Positions 47,009 through 56,006 of a stretch of DNA of 64,000 nucleotides are shown here, piece after piece. The stretch is from positions 10,581 to 74,580 of the forward strand of contig CAWDWO010000016.1 of the NCBI GenBank assembly GCA_963806035.1. Direction: 5' to 3'. Origin of the DNA: Candidatus Krumholzibacteriota bacterium. Lineage in GTDB: Bacteria > Krumholzibacteriota > Krumholzibacteriia > JAJRXK01. Position 1 is the first letter of the stretch, and each line of letters starts with the position of its first letter. The position numbers and the translations under genes are program-made. The notes below the pieces were generated by a model. That model saw only the letters and a program-made list of their open reading frames with translations. It ran no database searches and had not been told where the DNA came from.

Positions 47009-47497
47009 CTAAATGCGCTGATAGCTCCAGGAGAGCGGTTCGTCGTTTTCATACGGCATGTAGCCGTGGAAGCAGCGTGGATCGTCGTCGAAGACGAGCG
47101 GCAAGAAATAGCGATCGCCTTTCCACATGGGGAGGCGATCCAGCTCTCCGAGCTCATACCAGTCCAGCGTGCCTTCGGCATTCTCTTCGAAAGGAGTGCC
47201 CTCGAACTTCTCGATCAGGAAGATGAAGCCGAGCCAGTCCTCGCCGTTGGGTCCGAATCCGGTCCAGTTGACGGTGCCCCTCAGGCGCATCTCTAGCACT
47301 CGCAAGCTGGTTTCTTCCGCAATTTCTCGTCGCATGCAGCTCACCACGTCCTCGGTGGGGAGCATTTTCCCCCCGACCCCGTTGTACTTGCCGAGCTGGT
47401 CGTCGTCGGCCCGAAACGAGCGATGCACCAGAAGAGTTTTGGTGCGATCGGGCGAGAGAATGTAACCCAGAGTGCCGACGATGGGCGTGTAACGCAT
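47009..47497 (-). CDS. Nudix hydrolase, 8-oxo-dGTP diphosphatase-like
   Basis: GKYNG.GGK....E....C..REI.EET.L Nudix box; EG.L.W, LPMW.GD; ATG at 47497. Confidence 0.88.
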   Translation of the reverse strand: MRYTPIVGTLGYILSPDRTKTLLVHRSFRADDDQLGKYNGVGGKMLPTEDVVSCMRREIAEETSLRVLEMRLRGTVNWTGFGPNGEDWLGFIFLIEKFEGTPFEENAEGTLDWYELGELDRLPMWKGDRYFLPLVFDDDPRCFHGYMPYENDEPLSWSYQRI

Positions 47498-47622
47498 GGA
47501 GTTCCCTTTCGAGCCCAGCGCGATGCAACCATTGGTTGGATTCGTGCGTCTTGCCATAGTAACGTGTACTCATTCCGTGATCACCGATTTTCCGCGTCCG
47601 CCCGCAGCGGTCCGCGGATCCA

Positions 47623-48783
47623 GTGGAGGATCTAGTGTCCAAGCGTCTTGCCCGGTGCGCTCTCACCGCACTCGTCCTGTCATCTTGTCTCTCTCTTTTC
47701 AGCGCCTGCAGCCACCATGGCCCCAAAAAGGACGGCAGCGCGGCCAAATCCGAAGCGTCCGCGGATTCGACCCTGCAGTCCGCGAAGGGTGATTCGGTGA
47801 CGAAGAAGGACGAGGCCATTCCGGTCGAGATCGGGGTGCTTCGGGAGGGGCCCATGGAGGCGGTGATCAAGTCTTCGACGAACATCGAAGCGGAGAGTCA
47901 CATTCAAGTGGTGTCGGAGGCGGCCCGGCGCGTGCGCCAGCTCCTTGCCGAAGAGGGCGATCGCGTGCAGAAGGGTGAGGTGTTGCTGCGCCTGCAGGAC
48001 GAAGATCAACGCAGCGATGTCGAAAAGGCAAAGTCACAACTCGAACACTCGCGGGACGAACTCACGCGGCAGGAGGAGCTGCAGAAGAAAGGACTGACGA
48101 CCGATCAGGCCCTCAAGGACGCGCGCTATACCTTCGAGCAGAACAAGCTGGCCTACGACGACGCAATGCGCGAATTGAGTCACACCGAGGTACGCGCGCC
48201 GATCGCGGGAACCATCACGAAGCGTCTGGTCAGCCTGGGCGATAACGTCACCGTCGGACAGCCCCTCTTCGAGATCATCGACTTCGAATCGATGGTGGCG
48301 CGCGTCTACATTCCCGAAAACGATCTGCCTCAACTGGCGCTCGGTCAAACCGCACGCGTGTACGCGACGGCCGCGCGCGAGAAGGCCTACCACGGCGTCG
48401 TTTCCAGGATCTCTCCGGTGGTGGACGCCAAGAGTGGCACCGTGAAAGTGACGGTCTCCTTGGGAGAGCAACCGGGACTGAGGCCGGGGCTCTTCGTGGA
48501 TCTCGAGCTGATCACCGCCGTGGATCAAAACGCCCTGAGAATGCCCAAGCGCGCCCTGGTGTATGACAACGACCAGATCTTCGCCTACCGCCTGGTGGCC
48601 GATCGAAAGGTCGAGAAACTGCCGGTGGTGCCGGGCCTCACCGGTCAGGACTACCTGCAGCCTCTCAGCAACTTCGCCGAGGGAGACACGGTCGTGGTTA
48701 CCGGACAAGCCGCGTTGAAGGATGGCGCCAAAGTGCGCGTCGTCAACTCCGATGCTCTCACTGCGGAGGCCACTCAGCAGTGA
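47623..48783 (+). CDS. RND efflux membrane fusion protein (lipoprotein)
   Basis: Lipobox LFSAC; EGDRVQKG.VL, VRAPIAG.I, ISPVVD..SGTVKV, LRPG.FV motifs. Confidence 0.9.
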   Translation: MEDLVSKRLARCALTALVLSSCLSLFSACSHHGPKKDGSAAKSEASADSTLQSAKGDSVTKKDEAIPVEIGVLREGPMEAVIKSSTNIEAESHIQVVSEAARRVRQLLAEEGDRVQKGEVLLRLQDEDQRSDVEKAKSQLEHSRDELTRQEELQKKGLTTDQALKDARYTFEQNKLAYDDAMRELSHTEVRAPIAGTITKRLVSLGDNVTVGQPLFEIIDFESMVARVYIPENDLPQLALGQTARVYATAAREKAYHGVVSRISPVVDAKSGTVKVTVSLGEQPGLRPGLFVDLELITAVDQNALRMPKRALVYDNDQIFAYRLVADRKVEKLPVVPGLTGQDYLQPLSNFAEGDTVVVTGQAALKDGAKVRVVNSDALTAEATQQ

Positions 48784-51700
48784 GCCCCAAGACGGTTCGT
48801 TCCTTCGTGACCGACCGGCCGGTAGCGGTGCTGATGCTCTTCATCGCCGCGGTCGTTTTCGGTGGCTTCTCCTACGGGAGACTCGCGCTCACGCTGATGC
48901 CAGAGCTGAGTTATCCCACGCTCACGGTGAGAACCGAATATCCCGGCGCCGCTCCGGAGGAAGTGGAGAACGACATCTCCCGCCCGGTGGAAGAAGCCCT
49001 GGGAGTGATCGGAGGTCTGCGCAAGATCAGCAGCGTGAGTCGCTCCGAAGTGAGCGACGTGGTGCTGGAGTTCTCGTGGGATACCAACATCAACGACGCC
49101 ACCCAGTCGGTGCTCGAGCGTCTGGATCTGGTCTTTCTTCCCGACGAAGCGAAGCGGCCGCTCATTCTGCACTTCGATCCTTCGCTGGATCCGGTGATGG
49201 AGCTGAGCCTCTCGGGCCAGGGAAAGCGCTTCGAAGGCGAGGAGGGTCTGCGCCGCTTGCGGCGTCTGGCGGATCTCTACGTCAAACGCCAACTGGAACC
49301 CATCAAGGGGGTCGCCGCGGTCCGGGTCAAAGGTGGCCTGGAGGAGGAGATCAACGTCCTGCTCGACGAAGGTGAACTGCGGCGCACCGGCATCCCCATC
49401 CAGCAGGTCATCGATCGCCTGGCTCAGGAGAACATCAACGTCGCCGGAGGCACGATCCAGGAGGGCCGCACCGAGTACCTGGTGCGGACTCTGAACGAAT
49501 ACGAAAACCTGGACCAGATCGAAGATACCATCGTCGCCAGCATCGGCGGTCGCGACGTGAGGGTGAAGGACCTGGGGAAGGTCGAGTTCTCGCACAAAGA
49601 GCGGCAGATCGTCACGCACACGGACGGCAGCGAGAGCGTTCAGATCGAAATCTACAAGGAAGCCGATGCCAACATCGTCTCGCTCGCGAAGAACGTGAAA
49701 TTCCTCGTGGGGAAGGCCGATCCCGAATCGGATTCGGGTCGGGGATTGGCCCAACAGATCTACAAGGATGAAGGTGCGCAGCTCAAAGTCGTGGCCGACC
49801 GCTCCGTGTTCATCGAGAGCTCGATCAAAGAGCTGCGCAACACCGCGCTACTCGGCGGGCTCTTGGCCATTTTCGTGCTCTACCTCTTTCTGCGAGAGTT
49901 CAGGAGCACCGCGATCATCGCGGTCAGCATTCCGATTTCGCTCTTGGTCACTTTCGCTCCCATGCACCTCTTCGGGGTCTCGCTCAACATCATGTCCCTG
50001 GGCGGGCTCGCCCTGGGGATAGGAATGTTGGTGGACTCGTCCATCGTCGTGCTGGAGTCGATCCACCGCTGCCGGCAGGAAGGTGACGACTTCGTTCCCG
50101 CCGCGGTGCGAGGAACCCAGGAAGTGCGTTCCGCGGTATGGGCATCGACTCTCACCTCGATCGCCGTCTTTTTCCCCATGGTCTTCGTGCAGGGAGTCGC
50201 GGGGCAGGCCTTCGGCGATCTCGGGCTGGCGGTGGTGGCGTCCCTCCTGGCCTCCGCGGCGGTGGCGCTCTATCTCATTCCGATGCTGGCCAGCCGCAGC
50301 GGGATCAAGGTGGAAGAGCTGAGCACCAGCGAGCTGCGACTGGCCCACTTTGGCAGCTTCGGCAGATTCAAGAGCGCCTTCGGCGATCGCTCGCCTCGCG
50401 CGCGCATTGTCTTGATCGCGACCCTGCTGCCCGCGCTGTACTTCGTGCTGCGGCTCGTGGTGGGAGTTCTTCTCGAGCTCGTCGGCAAGCTGATCTTAGT
50501 TTTGTTCATGCTGGTGGTGGGCGCCATGCGGCGCATCCTCTGGCCCATCGGCGCGCGCGTGCTCCAGGTGGTCCTCTTTCTGTTCTTGAAGGCCACGAAC
50601 GCCGCCTTGGGATGGCTACAGAGAGTGTACCCGCGCGCTCTGCGCTGGATTCTGGCCAACCCGGGCATCACCATCGTCTTCGTTTTGGCGGCTCTGGGAA
50701 CCACGGTTCTCGTGGGCGCCTCACTCGACAGCGAGTTGTTGCCCCAGGTTCATCAGGGAGAATTCACGGTGGAGGTCACCTTGCCGGTGGGCACCCCGCT
50801 GAAAGAAACCATGGCGCGGTTGGAACCGGTCGAGAATGCCATCCTCACCAACAAGAAGGGGATCGAATCCCTCCTCGTCACCTATGGCTACGACCCCGCG
50901 CAATCGGAGGACTCGGACGAGGGGGAACATACCGCGAAGTTCAAGGTGTTGTTGGCCAAGGGCTCGCGGGGCGCCAAGGCCGAGGAACGGATCATCAAGA
51001 GCCTCAGGACGCGGCTGGCGGACCTGCCCGACGTCAGTGCACAGATCACACGCCCGGTGCTGTTTTCCTCGAAGACCCCTGTCGAAGTCGAGATCTACGG
51101 TGACGATCTCGTCGAACTGCGACGCATGTCCGAACGAGTACGCAAGCTCATGGGGGCGATGCCCGCTCTCGCCGACGTCGAAGCCACCCTGCAGAGCGGC
51201 GCGCCGGAAATCCAGGTCGTTTACGATCGCGATCGCCTCTCACGCTTCGGCCTGAACATCCGAAAGATCGCGCAGATGGTGCGCGACAAAGTCCAGGGAA
51301 ACGAGGCCACGCGTTTCAACCTGCTCGACCGGCGTGTGCCTATTTTGGTTCGTCTGGACGAAAAGGAACGGGAAACGGTGGGCGACGTGGAGGGACTGGT
51401 CGTCAATCCCGAGGGCGAACGGCCCATCACGCTGGGTTCGGTGGCGAAAGTGGAAGTGGGGGAGGGCCCCAGCGAGGTGCGGCGCGTGGATGGCCGGAGA
51501 GTGGCGCTCATTCGAGCCAACCTGAGTCAGGGCTCCCTGAGCGAGGCGGTGGAATCGATCAAGAGCGAACTGCATCGGCAGGTGGATTGGCCCACGGGAA
51601 TGGGCTTTTTCATCAGCGGGCAGAACGAGGAGTGGGAACACAGCAAGGGAAGCCTCTACCTCGCGCTGGCGCTGTCGATTTTCCTGGTCTACGTGATCAT

Positions 51701-52205
51701 GGCCATTCAGTTCGAGTCCTTGCTTCATCCCCTGGTGGTCATGTTCAGCATTCCACTGGCCTTTCTGGGTACGGTCATCGTGCTCAAGATCCTCGGCTTC
51801 GCGCTCTCGGTCGTCGTGTTTCTGGGAATGATCATGTTGGCCGGGATCGTGGTGAACAACGCCATCGTTCTGGTGGATTACGTCAACCAGCTGCGCCGCC
51901 GCGGCCTGAAGATCGAGGAAGCCATCGTCGAAGCGGGGAGCGTGCGTCTGCGGCCCATTCTCATGACGACGGCCACCACCGTGCTGGGACTTGCGCCGAT
52001 GGCGCTGGGCCTGGGAGATGGCTCGGAGATCCGCACGCCCATGGCCGTATCCGTCATCAGCGGGCTTCTCTCCTCGACCGTCCTCACGCTGCTCGTCATT
52101 CCCAGCCTCTATCTCATGCTCGATAGGCTGGTTTCGCGTATCCGAGAGCGCGTCACCACGAAGGCCGAAATCGCAGGAGTGGAAAGCGGGCGGAGCGAGT
52201 CATGA
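48780..52205 (+). CDS. RND efflux permease subunit 1 (AcrB/D/F family)
   Basis: YPGAAPEEVE, LNIMSLGGLALGIGMLVDSSIVV.E, GIVVNNAIVLVD, RLRPILMT motifs. Confidence 0.93.
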   Translation: MSPKTVRSFVTDRPVAVLMLFIAAVVFGGFSYGRLALTLMPELSYPTLTVRTEYPGAAPEEVENDISRPVEEALGVIGGLRKISSVSRSEVSDVVLEFSWDTNINDATQSVLERLDLVFLPDEAKRPLILHFDPSLDPVMELSLSGQGKRFEGEEGLRRLRRLADLYVKRQLEPIKGVAAVRVKGGLEEEINVLLDEGELRRTGIPIQQVIDRLAQENINVAGGTIQEGRTEYLVRTLNEYENLDQIEDTIVASIGGRDVRVKDLGKVEFSHKERQIVTHTDGSESVQIEIYKEADANIVSLAKNVKFLVGKADPESDSGRGLAQQIYKDEGAQLKVVADRSVFIESSIKELRNTALLGGLLAIFVLYLFLREFRSTAIIAVSIPISLLVTFAPMHLFGVSLNIMSLGGLALGIGMLVDSSIVVLESIHRCRQEGDDFVPAAVRGTQEVRSAVWASTLTSIAVFFPMVFVQGVAGQAFGDLGLAVVASLLASAAVALYLIPMLASRSGIKVEELSTSELRLAHFGSFGRFKSAFGDRSPRARIVLIATLLPALYFVLRLVVGVLLELVGKLILVLFMLVVGAMRRILWPIGARVLQVVLFLFLKATNAALGWLQRVYPRALRWILANPGITIVFVLAALGTTVLVGASLDSELLPQVHQGEFTVEVTLPVGTPLKETMARLEPVENAILTNKKGIESLLVTYGYDPAQSEDSDEGEHTAKFKVLLAKGSRGAKAEERIIKSLRTRLADLPDVSAQITRPVLFSSKTPVEVEIYGDDLVELRRMSERVRKLMGAMPALADVEATLQSGAPEIQVVYDRDRLSRFGLNIRKIAQMVRDKVQGNEATRFNLLDRRVPILVRLDEKERETVGDVEGLVVNPEGERPITLGSVAKVEVGEGPSEVRRVDGRRVALIRANLSQGSLSEAVESIKSELHRQVDWPTGMGFFISGQNEEWEHSKGSLYLALALSIFLVYVIMAIQFESLLHPLVVMFSIPLAFLGTVIVLKILGFALSVVVFLGMIMLAGIVVNNAIVLVDYVNQLRRRGLKIEEAIVEAGSVRLRPILMTTATTVLGLAPMALGLGDGSEIRTPMAVSVISGLLSSTVLTLLVIPSLYLMLDRLVSRIRERVTTKAEIAGVESGRSES

Positions 52206-55200
52206 CTCCGAGACCCTCCGACAGGGAACCCGCGCTGCCGCGCTTTTCTCTGCGGCGGCCCATCACCGTTTTGGTTCTTCTGGTGGCGGTCGTGGTGGTG
52301 GGTGTGGTGGCCGCGATCGGGATTCCGGTGGAACTCATCCCCAAGGGCTTCACCAACCCCTCGCTGACCATCTTCGTACCCTGGCGCGACTCGCCGCCGC
52401 GCGAAGTGCTCGAGAAGATCGTGCAGCCTCTGGAAGACGAGATGGGGACGGTGCGCGGTCTGGACAGCGTGTCCTCGGCGTCCTCGGTGGGACGCGCGCG
52501 CGTCTTCTTGCGTTTCAAGCAGAGCACCGACATGGACCTGGCCTATCGCGAGGTGCGCGATCGGGTCGAGAGAGCGCGCCGCTCGTTCCCCGATGACGTG
52601 GACGAAGTCTACATCTTCAAGCACGACACTTCGGGAATCCCGGTTTACGTGGTGGGAGTCGCCGTCGATCCCGATGTGAGCGACACCTACAATCTCATCC
52701 AGAAACAGATCGTACTGCCCTTGGAACGCACCGACGGCGTGGCCAAAGTCGAAGTGCAGGGACTCGAGGAGAAAGAAATTCTCATCGAGCTGGATCGCGA
52801 CCGCACCGAAGCCAGCGGGCTCAACATCTACCAGATGGCCCAAGAACTCGGCAGCGACTCCTTCACCATGGCCAGCGGAAAAGTTTACGAGGGAGGAAAG
52901 AAGCTGCTGTTGCGCTCGGTGGCGCGCTACAAGGACATCGAAGCATTGCGCAATCGTCCGGTCGCTCCGGGCATACGTCTGCGAGACATCGCCACCGTCA
53001 AGTATGAGGAGCCCGAGAAACGCTACCGCGTACGCGCCATGAGCCGCCCCGCCTATGCCCTGGTCGTGTTCAAGGAAGGCGAAGCCAACGCGCGCGCGGT
53101 CTGCCGCCGTCTCGACAAGGTCTACGAGGAACTCGCTGCGGATCCGCGTCTTTCGAGCGTCGAATTTCTGGAAATCTTCGATCAGGGCGACGTGATCCAG
53201 GAGAGTCTGACCACGCTGCTCCAGAGCGGCGCCATCGGTGGACTGATCGCCGGTCTGGTGCTCTTCTTCTTCTTGCGGAGATTCCGGGTGACCATGGTGG
53301 TGAACCTGGCCATTCCCCTCAGTCTGCTGGTGGCTCTCACCGTGATGTTCTTCGCCGGTCAGTCGATCAACATCATCTCGATGCTCGCTCTCATGGTGAG
53401 CGTTGGACTTCTGGTGGACAATTCCGTGGTGGTGGCGGAGAACATCGACCGCATGCACAAGACCGGTCTCAGCCGTCACGATGCCGCGATCTGGGGCGCG
53501 GGTGAGATCGGCATCGCCATCACCATGTCCACTCTGACCACCGTCATCGTCTTCTTGCCCGTGGCTCTGGTGCAGGGGCCCGGCCAGTTCTTCCTGTTGC
53601 GAATGGCGATTCCCATTTCGGTGGCCCTCTTGGCCTCGCTCGTGGTGGCACTGGTCTGCATTCCTCTGGGCGTATATCTCACGCTGCCCAAGGGGGACTC
53701 CAATCCGAACGGAGGCGACGGAGCGGTACGCCGCCACCTGCATCGCGCCTACGAGCGCAGCTTCGGGCCGATGAATCGCTGGTACAATCGGATGCTCGCC
53801 CGTGCGCTCGGGATGCGTCTGGATCTGGTACTCGTGCTCGTGGTGGTTTTCGCCGCCACGGTGGGAATCATGAAGGCAAGGAACCTGCGCTTCGTCGACG
53901 TGCAGGACAACGAGCGCAGTGGATTCGACATCGAAGTGGAAATGCCGGAAACCTACACCCTGGATGAAACGGCACAGTGGTTCCTGCGCGCCGAGAAAAT
54001 CGTCCAGGATCACCGAGAAGAACTGGGGCTGGAGGGTTGGTTTCTCTTTCACAGCAAGACCCGCGGCGAACTGCAGGGCTGGTTCACCACTCCTCGAAGT
54101 TCCAAGCTCTCTCCCAACGAAGTGACGGCGCGGGTCATGGAACTGCTGCCCCGCCGGCCCGGAATGGAACTGCACTCGGGCGAGGACTCTCCCGTGGAGG
54201 ACGCGAAGGGCCAGAACACCTTTCGGGTGACCCTCAACGGAGAGAGCGTCGACATTCTGGATCGCGTGGCGGATCAGCTCTCCGAGGTATTCCTGCGCGT
54301 GCCCGGCGTCCTGGCCATGCGGAAATCAGACGACCGCCCACCCAACGAATTGGGGTTGATCATCGACCGCGAGCGCGTGCAGCGTTTCGGCGTGAATCCG
54401 GCCGTGGTGGCGGGAGTGGTGGGCTACGCGCTGCGCGGACAATCCCTACCCAAGTATAGGGATGAGGGGCGAGAGGTCCCGGTGCGAGTGCGCTACCAGG
54501 AGAAGGACCGCGACAATCTGGCGGCGCTGGAGAGCTTCATGGTACCTACCGCCAGCGGCGGAGGGCTGCCTTTGTCCGCCGTGACCGAGGTGAAGCCGCT
54601 CAAGAGCCCGTCTACCATTTGGCGGCGTGACAAGAGAATTTCGCGCACGATCACACTGGATTTGAAGGAGGAAGAGGCGAAACAGGCTCGCGAGGACCTG
54701 GGCACCATCATGAAGGGCCTGGACTTGCCCGAAGGAGTTTCCTTCTCCGATGTGACGCCGCAGAAGAAACTCGACGAAGATCTGAAGGGACTCATCTTCG
54801 CCCTCATGATCTCGGTGGTGTTCATCTATCTGCTCATGGGCCTGCTCTTCGAGAGTTTCATTCTGCCGCTCTCGATCATCTTCACCATTCCTTTGGCCAG
54901 CCTCGGGGTCATCTGGATCCATCTTTTGGCCAGAATGGACATCGACTTCTTGGGAGCGGTGGGGGTGGTACTGTTGGTCGGTGTCGTCGTGAACAACGGC
55001 ATCGTGCTCATCGACTACGTCAATCGATTGCGCGCGCAGGGACATCCGCGCCGCGAGGCCATTCTCTTGGCGGCGGACCGGCGCTTCCGTCCCATCATGA
55101 TGACCGCAATCACCACCGTCGGCGGGATGGTTCCTCTCGCCTTCAGTGGTCGCATGGAATCGGGGATTTCCTATACCAGCTTTTCGCTGACTCTGATCGG

Positions 55201-55339
55201 AGGGATGACCACCGCGACTCTGCTCACTCTACTCGTGGTGCCGGTCTTTTATACCTTCTTCGACGATCTGCGCACGGCCTTCGAAGCGGCACTGCGACGC
55301 GTTCTGCGCGTGCGCCGTGCCGCCACGAAGAGCATCTGA
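52202..55339 (+). CDS. RND efflux permease subunit 2 (AcrB/D/F family)
   Basis: GLLVDNSVVVAENI, GVVVNNGIVLID, RFRPIMMT motifs; ATGA overlap with subunit 1. Confidence 0.92.
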   Translation: MTPRPSDREPALPRFSLRRPITVLVLLVAVVVVGVVAAIGIPVELIPKGFTNPSLTIFVPWRDSPPREVLEKIVQPLEDEMGTVRGLDSVSSASSVGRARVFLRFKQSTDMDLAYREVRDRVERARRSFPDDVDEVYIFKHDTSGIPVYVVGVAVDPDVSDTYNLIQKQIVLPLERTDGVAKVEVQGLEEKEILIELDRDRTEASGLNIYQMAQELGSDSFTMASGKVYEGGKKLLLRSVARYKDIEALRNRPVAPGIRLRDIATVKYEEPEKRYRVRAMSRPAYALVVFKEGEANARAVCRRLDKVYEELAADPRLSSVEFLEIFDQGDVIQESLTTLLQSGAIGGLIAGLVLFFFLRRFRVTMVVNLAIPLSLLVALTVMFFAGQSINIISMLALMVSVGLLVDNSVVVAENIDRMHKTGLSRHDAAIWGAGEIGIAITMSTLTTVIVFLPVALVQGPGQFFLLRMAIPISVALLASLVVALVCIPLGVYLTLPKGDSNPNGGDGAVRRHLHRAYERSFGPMNRWYNRMLARALGMRLDLVLVLVVVFAATVGIMKARNLRFVDVQDNERSGFDIEVEMPETYTLDETAQWFLRAEKIVQDHREELGLEGWFLFHSKTRGELQGWFTTPRSSKLSPNEVTARVMELLPRRPGMELHSGEDSPVEDAKGQNTFRVTLNGESVDILDRVADQLSEVFLRVPGVLAMRKSDDRPPNELGLIIDRERVQRFGVNPAVVAGVVGYALRGQSLPKYRDEGREVPVRVRYQEKDRDNLAALESFMVPTASGGGLPLSAVTEVKPLKSPSTIWRRDKRISRTITLDLKEEEAKQAREDLGTIMKGLDLPEGVSFSDVTPQKKLDEDLKGLIFALMISVVFIYLLMGLLFESFILPLSIIFTIPLASLGVIWIHLLARMDIDFLGAVGVVLLVGVVVNNGIVLIDYVNRLRAQGHPRREAILLAADRRFRPIMMTAITTVGGMVPLAFSGRMESGISYTSFSLTLIGGMTTATLLTLLVVPVFYTFFDDLRTAFEAALRRVLRVRRAATKSI

Positions 55340-55369
55340 ACCCAATCCAAGCTCATCGACGAAGCAGGA

Positions 55370-55960
55370 TCAGGGACGTGAGTATCCCGACTTGATCACA
55401 CCCCAGCTGTGTTCGCTCGTTTCGACTCCGGCACAGTCGGTGTCATTGTAGTCGTACACACCGTCGCCATCGTTGTCCAAGCCCTTGCCGTCGCCACTGT
55501 AGTCCTCGCCGCCGTTGTTCTTGCCGATTGCGCAGGGCTGAGTGAGGTTCACGTCGGTGCGGCTGTAGTAGGCCGGAAGAGTGGTCTCCGGCGGAGGGGG
55601 GCCATCGCTGGTATGACAGCTCGTCGTGCAGCTGGTGATGCCATGGTCCACCGCGTGCGCTTTCCTCAGGCCCTCACCCATGTGGCAGCCGTTGCAGCCG
55701 TGGTTGGGGTCGGTGCTGCTGGCGTCGGTGTGTGGACTGCCGAAGCCGGTATAGTGGCAGAGACCGCAAGTGGAAGTCATCTGACTACCGCCCACGTGCA
55801 AGTCGTGCAACGCGCCCCGGCTCTGGAAGCTGAGATGGCAAGTCACGCAGCCGCCACTTCCGTTATTAGCGTAGGTCTCGTACGCGAAAGCGGAGGTCGT
55901 GGCGAAAAACAGGGCGATGACCACAGTGGCCAGGGCGCCCAGCAAGATCCGTTTGCTCAT
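55370..55960 (-). CDS. Secreted small multiheme c-type cytochrome with SWGVIKSGY tail
   Basis: ATG at 55960 with GGAGG RBS; signal peptide; CVTCH, CGLCH, CNGCH plus atypical CTTSCH; acidic GLDNDGDGVYDYNDTDC motif. Confidence 0.82.
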   Translation of the reverse strand: MSKRILLGALATVVIALFFATTSAFAYETYANNGSGGCVTCHLSFQSRGALHDLHVGGSQMTSTCGLCHYTGFGSPHTDASSTDPNHGCNGCHMGEGLRKAHAVDHGITSCTTSCHTSDGPPPPETTLPAYYSRTDVNLTQPCAIGKNNGGEDYSGDGKGLDNDGDGVYDYNDTDCAGVETSEHSWGVIKSGYSRP

Positions 55961-56006
55961 GGAGTCCTCCCCGAGGGGGTTTCGAAAGTAGAAGATAGAA
56001 CGACCC

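Noticed and set aside
52109..54175. Long antisense ORFs (688 aa here; also 38240-40018, 29512-30915, 32120-33211, 42049-43269)
   Set aside because: They are shadows of well-supported genes on the opposite strand, expected in high-GC DNA, and show no recognisable motifs.
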